24,000 bases of DNA, from the NCBI GenBank assembly GCA_030372985.1, contig JAUCQB010000201.1, positions 1 to 24,000 of the forward strand, written 5' to 3'. The DNA comes from Phycisphaerae bacterium. GTDB taxonomy: Bacteria > Planctomycetota > Phycisphaerae > UBA1845 > PWPN01. Shown here one piece after another: positions 1-7,454 of the stretch. The translations under genes and the position numbers were made by a program. The notes under the pieces were generated by a model. The model did no database searches. It had not been told where the DNA came from and worked only from the letters and a program-made list of their open reading frames with translations. How positions within the stretch are numbered: the stretch's first letter is position 1; the number at the start of each line of letters is the position of its first letter.

Positions 1-9
1 GTTCGGAAC

Positions 10-42
10 TCGTCGGCAGCGTCAGATGTGTATAAGAGACAG
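10..42 (+). other. Illumina Nextera Read 1 transposase adapter (TCGTCGGCAGCGTC plus 19-bp Tn5 mosaic end), technical contamination
   Basis: Exact match to TCGTCGGCAGCGTCAGATGTGTATAAGAGACAG at 10..42. The mosaic end AGATGTGTATAAGAGACAG is 24..42. Confidence 0.98.
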
Positions 43-113
43 ATGAAAAGCGAGATGATATTCATCAGGCGTTCCTGAGCATCGGGTGTCTGCTCATCTG
101 CTGGCACCGGGTT

Positions 114-464
114 TCAGGGTTTTGTTAGAGATCCTAAGAAGAAGCACATCCCCTGCAACCTGCATGACGCAGGGCATAACCCGGAATATGTCGTCCAGGA
201 AGGTCTCGGCGTCCGGGCGCAGAATCGCCAGGACAACGCCCCCAGACCGGGCAAGTAGCACAAACCGACGGCAATGGCATAGGCGAGATCCGCCCGTCTC
301 CACCTCGGCCGCGGGCTCGGCAGGGGAGCAGATCCGGCGACCTCCAGTTCCTCATGCACTTGCTCCATGTCGAACGGAGTCCCGCACTCCGGACATCGCG
401 GGTCTCGTAGTCCAAAAAGCGTGCAACCGCAATGCCGACACAGGCCGAAGTCAGCGAGCGGTGA
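114..464 (-). CDS. Zinc-ribbon-containing hypothetical protein, no canonical start codon in frame before the zinc ribbon; shares frame with the ORF at 465..773
   Basis: Minus-strand frame reads SPLADFGLCRHCGCTLFGLRDPRCPECGTPFDMEQVHEELEV..., with paired CxxC motifs. It is open from codon 464 to the stop at 114. The first ATG (368) lies after the Cys motifs. Confidence 0.45.
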   Translation of the reverse strand, partial: SPLADFGLCRHCGCTLFGLRDPRCPECGTPFDMEQVHEELEVAGSAPLPSPRPRWRRADLAYAIAVGLCYLPGLGALSWRFCARTPRPSWTTYSGLCPASCRLQGMCFFLGSLTKP

Positions 465-773
465 TCAAAGATAGGCCGTCACAGCCAAACAGAGTACTGC
501 CAAGTAGATTCCAGCCGCAAGAAGCAGCGTCACGCCTGCAGCAATGGGAGACGAGATATCAAAGCTGAACGCAACGCACATGATGGGCCATAAAAAGATC
601 GGGCCAGACACAAGCCACATCCCGATGATCGCCAGACGCATGGGGCTGCGCCGGGTGGCAGCGGGGAGCTCCGCGTCCGCAGGATCGATGTCCGACAGAA
701 AACCGTGATCATCCCAGGATCCCGTCGGCTCACGGGTCCTGGCCATGCTCGGCTTGTCGCTCTCCTCGGTCAT
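465..773 (-). CDS. Small hypothetical membrane protein with two predicted TM segments
   Basis: 102-aa ORF with hydrophobic segments LAIIGMWLVSGPIFLWPIMCVAF and IAAGVTLLLAAGIYLAVLCLAV. Confidence 0.6.
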   Translation of the reverse strand: MTEESDKPSMARTREPTGSWDDHGFLSDIDPADAELPAATRRSPMRLAIIGMWLVSGPIFLWPIMCVAFSFDISSPIAAGVTLLLAAGIYLAVLCLAVTAYL

Positions 774-842
774 GCTCGGCGCCCTGTGTATCCGTCACGC
801 TGACCTTCATGGTCCTACCGGCTTGGGATGTCAGTCGCCCCG

Positions 843-2126
843 CTACGGCGAGTCTTCAACACTGGGATTTCGACAGGGCCCCCCATGCTCAGCCTCAGGC
901 TCTGAGCCAGAGAGCAACGCCCGCATTCGCTCAATTGCCTGATCTCTCGACGTCAACTGGTTATCCAATTGCTCGTCGTACAGTCGGTCCAGGATCTCCC
1001 TGAACCGCGGGCCAGGCTCCAGGCCGGCGGCGATCAGGTCATCGCCGGTGACAAACGGTGGGGGGGCTACCTCCTCGGGCGGGATCGACGCCTTCCGTTG
1101 TCGGGCAATCTCGTTGCCCTCCAGCGGCAGCCCGCGAGCCAGACAAATTGCCTTGTGCAGTTCCAGAAGGTCTTCGAAACCCTCGTTGGCAATGAGCATC
1201 TTCATGGCCGGCAGGCACAGCACTTCGGCATGATGAAGGTCGTCAACGTGCTCAATCAGCCAGGCGATGCGTTCGCCCTGCTGGTTGCTGCAGCGCAGAT
1301 CTCGTGCCACCTGCAAAACCGCCGCCGGCGGGTACTCATTGAGCAGGGCCGCCATGCTCAGAACAAAACCCGCCTTCTCCGGCAGGTGGCCCAGCACGCG
1401 AATGCTGTCCGCCACGCGGTCGGGGGGCCAATACCTGTTCGGCCAGAGGTGCGCCAAGACGCCCAGTTCGGCAATCTGCCGAACCGCCTCAGCCCGCGCC
1501 GGGTGGTCCAGCATTCTTTCGAGTTCCTCGTGGATCCGCTCCGGACTGATCCGGCTGATGTGCTCGGCCTGCTCGCGGATGGCAGCCGCCGTTTCCGACT
1601 CGATCGGAAAGCCAAGCCGGGCCGAAAACCGGACCGCCCGCAGCATACGCAGATGATCTTCGGCAAACCGCCGGGCCGGATCGCCGATCGCTCGGATGAT
1701 GCCCGCCTCCAGGTCTTTCCGGCCGCCCACATAGTCAATGACCTGCTTGTCGATGGGGTCGTAGAAGAGCCCGTTGATCGTGAAGTCCCGCCGCTGGGCG
1801 TCCTCTTCGGCGGTGGTAAAAACGACCTTCTCCGGATGGCGCCCATCGCGGTAATCGAGATCGCTGCGGAACGTCGCCGTCTCGATCCAATGGGGTCCCT
1901 GGCGGACCATCACCACGCCGAACTTGGCCCCCACCTTGCGCGTCCGGGTGAACAGGCTGATGATGGTGTCGGGCACGGCATCTGTGGCCACATCAATGTC
2001 GGTCGGCTCCCGACCCAAAAGCATGTCGCGGACGCTGCCGCCGGCCCAGAAGGCCTGATGCCCATGCTGGCGCAGCCTTTGGACCACCCGCAAGGCGGCA
2101 TCATGAACCGATAGCGGCCTTCTCAT
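843..2126 (-). CDS. cca: CCA tRNA nucleotidyltransferase / poly(A) polymerase family protein
   Basis: 427-aa ORF with the nucleotidyltransferase signature GGSVRDMLLGREPTDIDVATDA, RRDFTINGLFYDP, and the RNA-binding head region DHLRMLRAVRFSARLGF. Confidence 0.9.
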   Translation of the reverse strand: MRRPLSVHDAALRVVQRLRQHGHQAFWAGGSVRDMLLGREPTDIDVATDAVPDTIISLFTRTRKVGAKFGVVMVRQGPHWIETATFRSDLDYRDGRHPEKVVFTTAEEDAQRRDFTINGLFYDPIDKQVIDYVGGRKDLEAGIIRAIGDPARRFAEDHLRMLRAVRFSARLGFPIESETAAAIREQAEHISRISPERIHEELERMLDHPARAEAVRQIAELGVLAHLWPNRYWPPDRVADSIRVLGHLPEKAGFVLSMAALLNEYPPAAVLQVARDLRCSNQQGERIAWLIEHVDDLHHAEVLCLPAMKMLIANEGFEDLLELHKAICLARGLPLEGNEIARQRKASIPPEEVAPPPFVTGDDLIAAGLEPGPRFREILDRLYDEQLDNQLTSRDQAIERMRALLSGSEPEAEHGGPCRNPSVEDSP

Positions 2127-2773
2127 CCTGTTTCCTCGTCTCTCGATAGGGCTTCGCTTCGGACCCCCGCCGCGTGCCGAGGCGTGCCCATGAAGCGGAA
2201 GGTCATCGAGCCCACATCCCGCCGTTCGATCTCAACCAGCGGGGCCAGGCTTGGGCCGCCCAGGGGAGTCCGTGGATGCCGAACCACGATCATGGCACCA
2301 TCGGCAATGACCGGGTCGAGGGCCAGCTTCTGGAGCAGCGGCCGGAGGTATGGGTGGGGTGACGGCCCGATCAGCAGACGGTAGGGGGGGTCTACCAGTA
2401 CCAGCGAATAGACTCCCGGCGAGCCTTGCGGCCGTGGAAACTGACATTGGGTCGCGTCGGCACAGAGCACTTGGCCCTGGCCCTCAAGGATACCCAGAGA
2501 AGCGAGATTCTCGCGGATCAGAGCCACGGTCGGACGGTGCTGTTCAACAAACAGCGCAAAGCCGGCCCCTCTGGACAGGCACTCGATGCCGAGCGTCCCG
2601 GTACCCGCGAAGAGATCCAGCACCGCCAGCGGCGGCAGCGTCCCCGGACGTGCGAGGCGATGTCCAAGAACATCGAACAGCACCGTCTTGGCACGATCAG
2701 TGATCGGGCGGGTCCGGCCTCCCGCGGGTCCGGCAATCTGACGCCCTCGCCATTGTCCCGCAATAATCCGCAT
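2123..2773 (-). CDS. rsmD: 16S rRNA (guanine(966)-N(2))-methyltransferase RsmD
   Basis: MRIIAGQWRGRQI...RPITDRAKTVLFDVLG...VLDLFAGTGTLGIECLSRGA...VLVDPPY. Start chosen at MRIIAG (2773) rather than the longer track ORF. A 4-bp ATGA overlap joins it to the downstream cca. Confidence 0.9.
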   Translation of the reverse strand: MRIIAGQWRGRQIAGPAGGRTRPITDRAKTVLFDVLGHRLARPGTLPPLAVLDLFAGTGTLGIECLSRGAGFALFVEQHRPTVALIRENLASLGILEGQGQVLCADATQCQFPRPQGSPGVYSLVLVDPPYRLLIGPSPHPYLRPLLQKLALDPVIADGAMIVVRHPRTPLGGPSLAPLVEIERRDVGSMTFRFMGTPRHAAGVRSEALSRDEETG

Positions 2774-2918
2774 AAAGACCAGCGTATCCCCCCGCGTTTT
2801 CTCTCGCAACGTCCAAGAGCAACGGCCCTCTTTTTCGGGCCCCACGAGTCGTCGAGCGGACTCTTGTTCCCCGAAGGTGATGCCCCATCCCATGGGAGCG
2901 ATGACCAGCCTGCCCATA

Positions 2919-2947
2919 TTGCCGCAAACATCGCTTTTCCGTACAAT
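2919..2947 (+). promoter_or_regulatory. Candidate sigma70-type promoter TTGCCG-N17-TACAAT
   Basis: Hexamers at 2919..2924 and 2942..2947 with 17-bp spacing, in the divergent gap upstream of the ATG at 2978. Confidence 0.45.
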
Positions 2948-2977
2948 CCTGCCTTTGTCCGTGGAGACCATGGCGTT

Positions 2978-3475
2978 ATGAAACGACCGACAGACTCTCG
3001 TTCGACCGACCTGTGCGGCAAGTGCGTCGGCCTTTGCTGCCGCTACTTTGCTCTGGCCATCGACAAGCCGGAAACCCGCCGGGATTTCGAGGATATCCGC
3101 TGGTACCTCCTCCATGAAGACAGCACCGTGTTTGTCGAGGACGGCCAGTGGTACCTGCAGATCAACCGCAAGTGCCGGGCGTTGCTGCCCGACAACCGCT
3201 GCGCGATCTACGAGAAACGGCCGCCTATTTGCAGGTCCTACAACACCGAGAAGTGCGATTGGCACGGCGACGAATACGAATATGAGCACGTTTTCGTGGA
3301 TCCGGATGACGTCGCCCGTTATGCCACGGAGTACCTGTCGAAGAAACGAAAACGCCAGGCGGCCCGCAAGCGCCGGACGGCCGCGACCGCGAAGAAGGGA
3401 CGGCAGCTCAGGGTCCGCCGAACCGGCTCGGCTCGACGGCCGCGCATCGCGATCCCGCTGCTCAAGTCGGCGTGA
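2978..3475 (+). CDS. YkgJ family cysteine cluster protein
   Basis: MKRPTDSRSTDLCGKCVGLCCRYFALAID...CRALLPDNRCAIYEKRPPICRSYN shows the conserved cysteine cluster pattern. Confidence 0.85.
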   Translation: MKRPTDSRSTDLCGKCVGLCCRYFALAIDKPETRRDFEDIRWYLLHEDSTVFVEDGQWYLQINRKCRALLPDNRCAIYEKRPPICRSYNTEKCDWHGDEYEYEHVFVDPDDVARYATEYLSKKRKRQAARKRRTAATAKKGRQLRVRRTGSARRPRIAIPLLKSA

Positions 3476-3507
3476 ACCGCCTCATCCATCGGCCGAAAGT
3501 GAAGAAC

Positions 3508-4833
3508 ATGAAGTTCCAGGCACCCAAGGGCACAAGAGATTTCTACCCCGAAGATATGGCGGCGCGCAACTGGATCATGGAAATCTGGCGCCGCGTCTCG
3601 CTTCGCAACGGATTCGAGGAGTACGACGGACCGATCTTCGAGCTGCTGGACCTGTATAAGGCCAAGAGCGGCGAGGGCATCGTCTCCGAGCTTTTCCATT
3701 TCGAGGATCGAGGCGGGCGCGAGCTGGCCATCAGGCCGGAGATGACCCCGACGCTCGCCCGCATGATCGCCGCCCGGGCCAACTCCCTGTCGCGGCCTAT
3801 CAAGTGGTTCAGCCTGCCGAGGCTCTGCCGCGCGGAGCGTCCGCAACGGGGCCGGTTGCGGGAGTTCTTTCAATGGAACATCGACGTCGTCGGCATCGAC
3901 GATGTGGTCAGCGATGCCGAGTGCATCCTGGTGGCCATTGATTTCTTCCGTGAAGTCGGACTTACCCCCGACGACGTGGTGATGAAGGTCAACTCCCGCT
4001 CGCTTCTGTCATCGCTCCTTGCGGCCCAAGGCTTTGAGAAGCAGCGGCACGAGGAGATCTTCGCGGTTCTCGACAAGCGAGACAAGCTTTCGTGGGAGGC
4101 ATTCGTCGAAACCGTTGAAAAGGTGAGTCGCGACGGCGAGGAGAAAACCACGCTCTTGAGTATTGGCCAGGCTGCCGGTCCCGAAGGTTTGGCCGGTTTG
4201 ACGGAGATGGCAAAGGAAAACGCGGCGGCCGAGGCGGAATTGGACCGCCTCAGGCAACTGCTCGCCCTGCTCACCAGCATGGGCGTCGGAGAGTACTGCC
4301 GGTTCGACATGGGTGTGGTTCGTGGGCTGGCATACTACACCGGCGTGGTGTTTGAGGCGTTCGGCAAGGGCGAGTTCCAGCGGGCGATCTGCGGTGGGGG
4401 GCGGTACGGGCGGCTTCTCGAAGCGGTGGGCGGCCCGCCGATGTCCGGCATCGGCTTCGGCACCAGCGACGTGGTCATCTTGACGCTGCTCGCCGAACTG
4501 AACCGATTGCCTGCCGAGGCAACGAAAGCCAGGCGGGTCGATCTGTTTCTGATCGACGCCGACCCGAGCCTGTTCGACGAAGTGCTGGCCTTGGCCGCCC
4601 GGCTGCGGAGGATCGGCCTTGCCGCCGAGTTCAGCTACCGCCGCCAGGCGCTTGGCAAGCAGCTCAAGCAGGCCTCGGCGTGCAGCGCCTCGCGAGCCGT
4701 GATTGTCGGGAGCGAATACACGCAGAGGCAGGCCGTCAGCGTGAAGGACCTGGCCAGCGGCGAACAGGTGGAGATCGGCGTCGACCGCTTTCTGGCGAAT
4801 CCGCACGGCTGGCCGTGGTCAGACAGCGATTGA
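3508..4833 (+). CDS. hisS: Histidine--tRNA ligase
   Basis: MKFQAPKGTRDFYPEDMAARNWI...ELAIRPEMTPTLARM (class II aaRS motif 2 region), LAYYTGVVFEAF, GGGRYGRLLEAVGGPPMSGIGFG (motif 3), and a C-terminal anticodon-binding region. Confidence 0.95.
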   Translation: MKFQAPKGTRDFYPEDMAARNWIMEIWRRVSLRNGFEEYDGPIFELLDLYKAKSGEGIVSELFHFEDRGGRELAIRPEMTPTLARMIAARANSLSRPIKWFSLPRLCRAERPQRGRLREFFQWNIDVVGIDDVVSDAECILVAIDFFREVGLTPDDVVMKVNSRSLLSSLLAAQGFEKQRHEEIFAVLDKRDKLSWEAFVETVEKVSRDGEEKTTLLSIGQAAGPEGLAGLTEMAKENAAAEAELDRLRQLLALLTSMGVGEYCRFDMGVVRGLAYYTGVVFEAFGKGEFQRAICGGGRYGRLLEAVGGPPMSGIGFGTSDVVILTLLAELNRLPAEATKARRVDLFLIDADPSLFDEVLALAARLRRIGLAAEFSYRRQALGKQLKQASACSASRAVIVGSEYTQRQAVSVKDLASGEQVEIGVDRFLANPHGWPWSDSD

Positions 4834-4850
4834 GCACGGAATCATCGACG

Positions 4851-5420
4851 ATGGCTCGTAACCGCGACCATTACGAGTCGGCTTTCGAGGACTACCTGCA
4901 AGTCAGGACCATACCCTTCGTGTCCGTGGACGAAACGCGGCGGGCGGTCTTCGCGGGAACGAAGATCAAATCCTTTGACTACGTCGTCTATCCGCCCGCC
5001 GGGCGGGCGTGGCTGGTCGATGTCAAGGGCCGGCATTTCCCATACGTCGACGAGCAGGGGGGTACCAAGCGTTATTGGGAAAGCTGGATCACGCGGGAGG
5101 ACCTGGCCGGGCTGGCGGACTGGGAATCGGCCTTCGGCGACGAATACGAGGCGCGGTTGGTGTTCGCATACCTGTTGCAGGGGCCGCCGGATCGCTGGCC
5201 GGCGGTCACGCCCCATCTGTTCGAAGGAGAATGCTACGCTTTCTACACCGCCGGCCTGGCTGACTACCGCGAGGCGTGTCGTGATCGCTCAGATCGTTGG
5301 CAGACGGTCTCCGTGCCCAACAGCGCTTTCCGGAGGATTGTCCGGCCGCTGGACGCCCTCCTGCCAGGATCTCCGCCATTGTGCCCGTCGGGCGGAATGC
5401 CGGGCGGCCTTTCGCCCTGA
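4851..5420 (+). CDS. HYExAFE family protein
   Basis: MARNRDHYESAFEDYLQVRTIPFVSVDETRR...SFDYVVYPPAGRAWLVDVKGRHFPY. The N-terminus carries the HYExAFE motif, and the D...VDVKG arrangement resembles a nuclease-like core. Confidence 0.75.
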   Translation: MARNRDHYESAFEDYLQVRTIPFVSVDETRRAVFAGTKIKSFDYVVYPPAGRAWLVDVKGRHFPYVDEQGGTKRYWESWITREDLAGLADWESAFGDEYEARLVFAYLLQGPPDRWPAVTPHLFEGECYAFYTAGLADYREACRDRSDRWQTVSVPNSAFRRIVRPLDALLPGSPPLCPSGGMPGGLSP

Positions 5421-5438
5421 GTCGCCCGTGCCTATAAT
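5410..5438 (+). promoter_or_regulatory. Candidate promoter with perfect -10 TATAAT
   Basis: TATAAT at 5433..5438. The -35 is weak (TTTCGC at 5410..5415, 17-bp spacing). It lies upstream of the small membrane-protein gene starting near 5487. Confidence 0.4.
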
Positions 5439-5486
5439 GTGTCGAATACCGGTAAATCGAAAACGATGGTCGATAGGACAAAACCC

Positions 5487-5684
5487 ATGATTCGAAGAGT
5501 GTTGTGCTTCCTGACTGGTTTGCTGCTGGCGGTTGGTCCGGCTCTGGCGCAAGGGTCGTCCGAAGGACCAACCTACAACTTCAAACCAAGATCGACGATG
5601 ATCGAGTGGGTCATCGGGACGATCTTCCTCATCGGTTGCCTTGTGGTCGCCTTCAAACCCAGCAAGCGGTCGAACCTGAAGTGA
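5487..5684 (+). CDS. Small secreted or membrane protein with signal-peptide-like N-terminus and one further TM segment
   Basis: MIRRVLCFLTGLLLAVGPALAQG...MIEWVIGTIFLIGCLVVAFKPSKRSNLK. The track ORF starts at 5439 and the internal ATG at 5487 fits the signal peptide better. Confidence 0.65.
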   Translation: MIRRVLCFLTGLLLAVGPALAQGSSEGPTYNFKPRSTMIEWVIGTIFLIGCLVVAFKPSKRSNLK

Positions 5685-5730
5685 CCGCCATGCGAGGGCC
5701 AGTGTGCTTTCATTATGGAGGACCCTGGGA

Positions 5731-6021
5731 ATGAGCAAACAAGCCTTGATCGTCGTCCTGGTGGGTGTCAATTTGCTGCTGCTCGGCGGCCTGATCCTCT
5801 CGAACTACTCACTGCCTGAGGCCAAGGCTCAGCCGGTCAGCCTGCGGGGCGAGTTCATTCTCATTTCGGCCCAGGCGGAGAGGAACAACGACACCATCTA
5901 TCTTCTCGACCTGGCCCGGCGCCAGATGCACGCTTTTCGCGCGCAGGTGCCCCAGATGATCGAGCAGCCGATGATGGTTCGCTGGTACCACTCGCGTGAC
6001 CTGGTGCGGGATTTCCGCTGA
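5731..6021 (+). CDS. Small membrane-anchored hypothetical protein (paralog of the next ORF)
   Basis: MSKQALIVVLVGVNLLLLGGLIL...GEFILISAQAERNNDTIYLLDLARRQMHAF, preceded by GGAGGA. Confidence 0.65.
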   Translation: MSKQALIVVLVGVNLLLLGGLILSNYSLPEAKAQPVSLRGEFILISAQAERNNDTIYLLDLARRQMHAFRAQVPQMIEQPMMVRWYHSRDLVRDFR

Positions 6022-6034
6022 AAGGGGGATGACA

Positions 6035-6352
6035 ATGAACAGCAAAGACTTCGCGATTGGCGTCCTGACCGTGACCGCCGTCATCCTGCTCACCGGGTTG
6101 ATTATCATCCATGCCGTCAGCCCCAAGCAGGCCATGGCCATCGGACAGAACGCCGAGGGCGGCGACTACCTGGTGACGACCAGCCAGTACAACGATTACA
6201 CGGAATTGCTGATGGTCTTCGACACCGCCCAGATGAAGATGAACGCCTACGTGTTCAATCCTCAGACGGGCCAGGTCGAGCTCCTGCAGCCGCCCATCCC
6301 GATCCTCCGCCAGATACAGGAACCCGCGAGACCGACCGGACGTACGAGATGA
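6035..6352 (+). CDS. Small membrane-anchored hypothetical protein (paralog of the preceding ORF)
   Basis: MNSKDFAIGVLTVTAVILLTGLIIIHAV...GDYLVTTSQYNDYTELLMVFDTAQMKMNAYVFNPQTGQVELL. Confidence 0.65.
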   Translation: MNSKDFAIGVLTVTAVILLTGLIIIHAVSPKQAMAIGQNAEGGDYLVTTSQYNDYTELLMVFDTAQMKMNAYVFNPQTGQVELLQPPIPILRQIQEPARPTGRTR

Positions 6353-6419
6353 GAATCGCCTCCCCGCCGCAAGGCGCGAGCCGGTGCGGGCCCGCATGAA
6401 CGCACAGGAACCCCGTCCC

Positions 6420-7451
6420 ATGTCCGATCTGATCCGGGCGATCGTTCAACAGGTCATCGGCGGCACCCCCGTGACGCGGTCTCAGGCCGAGCAGCTCGTT
6501 CGGTCCGAACGCGCGAGCCTGCCTGAGCTGTTCGCCGGGGCAAGCCGGATCCGAGAACATTACCTCGGCCCCAAGGTCCGCTGTTGCAGTATCGTCGCAT
6601 CGAAGGTGGGTTTGTGCGATCAGGACTGCGCATTCTGCAGCCAGTCCGCACACTACCGAACACACGTCACGGCGGGCGGAACCGTCGAGGGGCAGGAGGT
6701 GCTCGCGGTCTCGCGGCAGGCCGCGGACAACGGCGCCCAGTCTTTCGGCATCGTCAACAGCGGCCTGGGACCCGGCGATGATGAGATTGAAGAGTGGGGC
6801 GATGTCATCCGGGCAATCCGGCGGGAAGGGCGGGTGCGGGCATGCGCCTCGCTGGGCGTCCTGACCTTCGAGCAGGCCCGACGTCTGGCCGAAGCCGGCG
6901 TCCAACGATACAACCACAACCTCCAGACCTCTCGACGACATTTTCCGAGCATCGTGACCACGCACACATACGACGATCGACTCAAAACGCTGCGGAATCT
7001 GCGGGCGGCCGGCATTGAGTTGTGCTGCGGAGCCCTCTTTAGGATGGGTGAAACCTGGCAGGATCGTCTCGATCTAGCCTTCGAGCTGCGCGAGCTCAAT
7101 CCCGAGGTCGTGCCCATCAACTTCCTTATTCCAATCGCCGGTACGCCGCTCGAGCACAACAGGGCACTTGAACCGCTTGAATGCCTGCGGATCATCGCCG
7201 TTTATCGTTTCATTCTTCCGTCGCAGCGCATCAATATCGCCGGCGGCAGAGAGGTCAATCTGCGAGACCTTCAAAGCTGGATGTTCCTTGCCGGGGCGGA
7301 CAGCTTCATGATGGGCAACTATCTGACGACTTGTGGCCGCTCAGCCGGCGAGGACCTGCGCATGATTCGCGACCTCGGCCTGGAACTCGAACCGTATCTC
7401 CGCCCGGCTGCCGCGTCTGATGAAGCTCATCGATCTCACATGCCTGCCTGA
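6420..7451 (+). CDS. bioB: Biotin synthase (radical SAM)
   Basis: MSDLIRAIVQQV...KVGLCDQDCAFCSQSAHY (CxxxCxxC), ASLGVLTFEQARRLAEAGVQRYNHNLQTSRRHFPSIVTTHTYDDRLKTL, PINFLIPIAGTPL. Confidence 0.92.
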   Translation: MSDLIRAIVQQVIGGTPVTRSQAEQLVRSERASLPELFAGASRIREHYLGPKVRCCSIVASKVGLCDQDCAFCSQSAHYRTHVTAGGTVEGQEVLAVSRQAADNGAQSFGIVNSGLGPGDDEIEEWGDVIRAIRREGRVRACASLGVLTFEQARRLAEAGVQRYNHNLQTSRRHFPSIVTTHTYDDRLKTLRNLRAAGIELCCGALFRMGETWQDRLDLAFELRELNPEVVPINFLIPIAGTPLEHNRALEPLECLRIIAVYRFILPSQRINIAGGREVNLRDLQSWMFLAGADSFMMGNYLTTCGRSAGEDLRMIRDLGLELEPYLRPAAASDEAHRSHMPA

Positions 7452-7454
7452 AAA

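Noticed and set aside
24-42. Tn5 mosaic end as evidence of a transposon
   Set aside because: It is embedded in the full Nextera adapter sequence at the extreme window end, so it is technical and not biological.
969-2114. 381-aa plus-strand ORF antisense to the cca-family gene
   Set aside because: Shadow ORF of a strongly supported CDS with no family signature.
4009-4806. 265-aa minus-strand ORF within hisS
   Set aside because: Shadow ORF opposite a clear histidyl-tRNA synthetase.
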